Shown here in pieces: positions 59,588 through 64,000 of a stretch of 64,000 nt of DNA (position 1 is the stretch's first letter; every line of letters begins with the position of its first letter). Position numbers and translations under genes: made by a program. This DNA is from Monocercomonoides exilis PA203 (lineage: Eukaryota > Protista > Preaxostyla). Below the pieces are notes generated by a model that was not told the DNA's origin, made no database searches, and saw only the letters and a program-made list of their open reading frames with translations. The stretch spans positions 186,001 through 250,000 of the forward strand of contig LSRY02000054.1 in assembly GCA_001643675.2 (NCBI GenBank), given 5' to 3'.

Positions 59588-62500
59588 GATATATATGATG
59601 ATGACTCAATAATCTTTGAAGGCAAAAAAGAAGTGAATGAAAATCGAAGTGTTTCAAAACTCAAAAAAAGAGAAAGAAACGAAAACGAAGAAGAAAATGA
59701 AGAAGAAAACGAAGAAGAAGAAGAAAACGAAGATGAATTCGAAATGGAGAAAGCAAATGAAAAATGCTTGTTTCAAGAAAAACGCAACAAAAGAAGTGGA
59801 TTTTCGAGTGGAAAACAGAAATATTCAGAAATGCCGATGATTTCTGAGCTTCCAGACTTCACGTGGATAAACAGGGATGTGGCACAGGGAAAAGAAGAGA
59901 AGGAAGAAGAAGAAGAAGAAGAGGGAGAAGGAGAAGGAGAAGGAGAAGGAAAAGGGAAAAAAGAAGGGAAAGAGAAGAAGAAGGAAGGAGAGAAAGAGAA
60001 AGAGAAAGAGAAAGAATGGGAGAAAGAAAGAGAGAGAGAGAAAGAGAGGGAAGAAAGGAGAAGGTTGATGATGGGACTTTATGAGAGTTTTGAGACAGAA
60101 AAATATGATGCGACGAAGGGGATGCTTCCGAATGAGGAGGAAAAGAGAGAAAGAAAGAGAGAAATGAATGAGGAAGAGAGGGAAGAGAAGGAAGAGGAAG
60201 AGGAAGAGAAGGAAGATGAGGAGTTGAGAAAGAGAGAGGGAAAGGAAGAAGAAGAGGAAGAAGATAATGAAGAAGGAAATGAAAGAAGAGGAGGAGAAAA
60301 TGAAGAAGAAAATGAAGAAGAACAACCAAAAAATGAGAAGAAGAAAGAAAAAGAAAAAGAAAGCAGAAAAAATGAAATAAGTTCGAGTTTTGAAACTTGC
60401 TTTGGAAATCTTTCTGTTTTGGAGACGTTTTTGAGTGTTGCTGATACAAATGAAGTGATGAAGAAGATAAAGAAGATGAAGAATGAAGGAGAAGGAGAAG
60501 GAGAAGGAGAAGGAGAAGGAGAAGAGGAAAAGGAAAAGGAAAAGGAAAAGGAAGATGAGGAAAAAGAAACGAATGAAAAAGAAAAAGAAAAAGAGAAAAA
60601 TGGAAAAGAAGAAGAAAGAGAGAAAGAAAGAGAAGAAGAAGATGGATGGAGTTTTGAAGAGAGATTGAATGAATATGAAAGAAATGTGAAAAGAAGGAAA
60701 TATTTTGAAGAGGAAGAAGAGGAAGAAGAGGAAGAAGAGGAAGAAGGGGAGGAGGAAGAAGATAATGATGAAGAAATAAAAGGAGAAAGAGAAAGAGAAG
60801 AGGAAGAAAGAGAAGAAGAAGAAGAAGAAGAAGAAGAAGAAGATTATCTTGAAGAATTGTTGAATGAAGAAGGAAAAAAGAGAAAAAAGATGATGAAGAA
60901 GAAGAAAATGAAAAAGAGAGGGAAAAAGAAAGAAACAATAGAAAAAGAAGAATTTTCGTTTGAAAAGGCAAAAGATGAAGAGGAAATGAACGAAGAACAT
61001 GAAGAAAGAGATTTTGGATTGGGAAAAGAAGAAGAAGAAGAAGAAGAAGTAAGAGGAGAAGGAGAAGGAGAAGAAGAAGGAGAAGGAAGAGAAGAAGAGG
61101 AAAGAAATGAGGAAGAAAAGGAGGAGGATGGAAAAGAAAGAGAAGAAAATGTTGAAGAAGAACAAGGAGAAGAACTAGGGGGAGAAAAAGAAGAAGAAGA
61201 AAGAGGGGGAGAAGAAGGAGACGATGAAGGAGAAAGAGAAGAAGAAAGAGAAGAAGGAACAATAAATGAAGAAATGATAAATCTAACAATAAACATGCCA
61301 AATGAAAAGGAATTGAAACTAAAAGTCTTCAAAAGTGACACGATTTTGAATGTGAAGGAAATTATTGTGGAGGAAATGAAGAAAGAAAGAGAGGATAGAG
61401 AGAAAGAGAAAGAAGAAGAAAGAGAAAGAGGAGAAAGAAAAGAAAGAGAAGGAAGAGGGAAAGAAGAAAACAAAGAAGAAGAATTAAACAAAGAAGAAGA
61501 AAGAGAAGAAGAAAGAGTAGAAGAAAGAGAAGAAGAAGAAGGTGACACTTCTAATTCCCTCATTTATGTTTCCGAGCGAATAATTCTGGTTGTGGAAGGA
61601 GAACAGCTGCTGAATGAATATTCATTGGAAGAGTATGAAATAGAGGATGGGACAGAGATGAAGGTGATTGTGATTCCGAAAGAGGAAGAGGAAGAAGATG
61701 GGGAGGAAGGGAAAGAAGGAGAAGAAGAGGGAGAAGAAGAGGGAGAAGAAGAAAGAGAAAGAGAAGAAAGAGAAGAAGAAGGAAGAGGAGAAGAAGAAGG
61801 AGAGAGAGAAGAAAATGAAGAACAAGAACAACTTAAAAAGGAAGAAGAAGAAGAAAGAGAAGAAGAAGAGCAACAAGAACAAGAACAAGAACAAGAAGAA
61901 AAATTAAATAGATCTTATTCACAGTTGATTCATCAGCAATCTTTGCCAAATTTTTCTGTTTCACAAAAAGAAAGGTTTTTGCTTAGAAGAAGCAAAAGTG
62001 AAATTTCAAAGAAAATTGAGGGAAAGAAGAAAGAAAAAGAAAAAGAGAAGGAAGAAAGAGAAGGAGAAGAGGAGAAAGAGGAGAAAGAGGAGAAAGAAGA
62101 GAAAGAGAAAGAGGAAGGAGAAGAAGAAGAAGAAGATTATGGAAGAGAAGGAAGAGAAGAAGAAGGAAAAAAAGATGGAGAAGGAGGAGAAGAAGAAAGA
62201 GAAAGAGAAAGAGAAAGAGAAAGAGAAAGAGAAAGGGAAAGAGGAGGAGAAGAGGAAGAAGAAGAAGTTCAAATAGAAGGTTTACAACAAGAACAAGAAG
62301 AAGAACAAGAGGAAATTCAAATAGAAGAAGGAGAGGGAGAAAATGAAAAAGGAGGAGAAGGAGAAGAAGAAGAAAACGAAAGAGAAGAAAGAGAAAAAGG
62401 AGAAGAAGAAAGAGAAGAAGAAGGAGAAGAAGAAGTGAGTTTTGAATGGGAGTCAGAAGAAGGAAGAAAGAGAAGAGAATTGCACAAAGAAGAAAGTTTG

Positions 62501-64000
62501 AGGAAAGATTACAATAAAATGGATAATGATGATGATGATGATGATGATGAGGAAGAGAAGGAGAAGGAGAAAGAGAAAGAGAAGGAGAAGGAAGAAGAAG
62601 AAGAAATAGAAAAGGAAGGAGGAAGAGGAGAAGAAGGAGAAGGAGAAGAAGAGGGAGGAGGAGAAGAAGGAGAAGGAAACGAAAACTTGAGTGAAGAAGG
62701 AAATATAAGTTCAGATTCGATAAATTCGATAGAAGAAATTAAAGAAGAAGAAAAAGAGAGAGGAGAAGAAGGAAAAGAAGAAGGAGAAGAAGAATTCAGC
62801 AGGAAATATTCAATTGAACTTGGAACATCAGAAGAAATTCACATAACATCAGCATCATCTTCTTCTTCTCTTTCTTCTTCTTTTCACAAAAATAATCCCT
62901 CTTCCGCCCATTTGCACATGTCAAAATCGGCCCATTCTTTCAGCAATTCCAATGGCAACATGTCAAATTCTGGCTCTTTGAACATGTCAATTTCTGCTTC
63001 TGCTTCAATTTCTCATCCTCATCCTTCTTCTTCTTCTTCTTCTTCTCTTTCTTCTTCTTCTTCTCATTCTATTTCTCCTTCTCCTTCTCCTTCCCCTTCT
63101 CCTCCTCTTTCTTCTTCACTCTCTTCTGAAGCAACAACAGAAACAGCTGTTTCAACCGCTCCTGTGACGCCTTCTTTGAATGAAGCGGAAAAGAATTCAT
63201 TTTTGGATGAGGAAGAGGAGGAAGAAGAAAAAGAAGAGGGAAAAAGAGAAAAGGAAAGAAGAGGAGAAGAAATGAAGATGAAGATGAAGGAGAAGGAGAA
63301 AGAAAAAGAAAAAGAGAAGGAAAAGAAAGAGAAAGAAGGAGAAGGAGAACAAAAAACACGTTCTTATGCTTCTTCATCTTCTTCTTCTTCTTCATCATCT
63401 TCTTCTTCTTCTTCATCTTCTTTTTCAACAACCAAACCAACAAAACCTTCAACTTCTTCTTCTTCCTCCTCCTCCTCTTCTCAAATAAGAAGCGAAACAA
63501 AAGCAGAAAGCAAAAATGACATGAAAAATGACATGAAGTTGCCTTTGCCTCTTGTAGTGATCCATCCGCCTGTTTTGATGACAAAGTCATTGGCAGAACA
63601 GCTTCAGAAGCAAAACGAAGGAAAAAATGGGAAAAGAAATGAAAATTGGAATGAAAAATGGAATGAAAAAGGGAATAGAATGAGAAAAGATGGAAGAAAA
63701 GAAGGAAATATTGAGATAAATAGAGAAAAAATGGATGGGAATAAAGAAACAGATTTAAATTTATCTTCTTCTAATTCTTCTTCTTCTTCTTCTTCTTCTT
63801 CTCAATTTAATTCAAATCAGATAAATGTTGTCAAAACAAGAGAATTTTTGCCTTCTTCTTCTTCTTCTTCCAATCAAAATAATGATATTTCATCATCATC
63901 ATCATCATCTTCTTCTTCTTCTTCGTCACCTTTTCTTCAGTCAAAATCTTCTCCTTACTTCCCACTCCATTCAGAAGACAATACAACTTCATCATCATCA
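57839..64000 (+). CDS. STK36: Fused/STK36-family (ULK group) Ser/Thr kinase with a long low-complexity tail and a ubiquitin-like domain; 3' partial
   Basis: Exon 1 (57839-57925, IGEGSFGKVFQ), 72-nt intron, exon 2 from 57998: VAMK, HRDLKPQNIL, KLCDFGFA, SIKGTPLYMAPE, DLWSLG..LYELYVGEPPF, FLKGLLQKDP..WPELLNH. The frame was open wherever checked, and the ORF track lists no terminated ORF in it. Confidence 0.88.

Noticed and set aside
58303-63590. Long minus-strand Phe/Leu/Ser-rich ORFs and short plus-strand Lys/Arg-rich ORFs
   Set aside because: Shadow frames of the purine-rich kinase tail.
1-64000. CRISPR array, tRNA, rRNA, telomeric repeats
   Set aside because: No repeat-spacer periodicity or diagnostic motifs seen by eye.

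Overview
AT-rich eukaryotic (protist) genomic DNA with short GT-AG introns and the standard genetic code. The gene families and low-complexity Glu/Ser tracts resemble a metamonad such as the oxymonad Monocercomonoides (inference from resemblance only). Host genes: two very large single-pass surface proteins with Pmp-like beta-helix repeats (one ending in a degenerate kinase domain); a third surface-protein gene broken by in-frame stops; three decayed copies of one lineage-specific family; an F-box/TMEM185-like membrane protein; and a TAF4-like gene head-to-head with a Fused/STK36 kinase that carries a split ubiquitin-like domain in a long acidic tail. Mobile DNA: a structurally complete but decayed DIRS1-type retrotransposon (RT, RNase H, MTase-like, tyrosine recombinase, inverted terminal repeats, internal complementary region) plus a solo terminus; a pogo-type DD35D transposon with an intron and a GC-rich, strand-specific structured leader; a Merlin/ISXO2-like transposase relic; a Tc1-like foldback MITE; and seven fixed-length (242 or about 255 bp) MITEs whose ends resemble the pogo TIR. 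One MITE disrupts the pogo transposase and another is nested inside a second MITE. No tRNA, rRNA or CRISPR array was seen.
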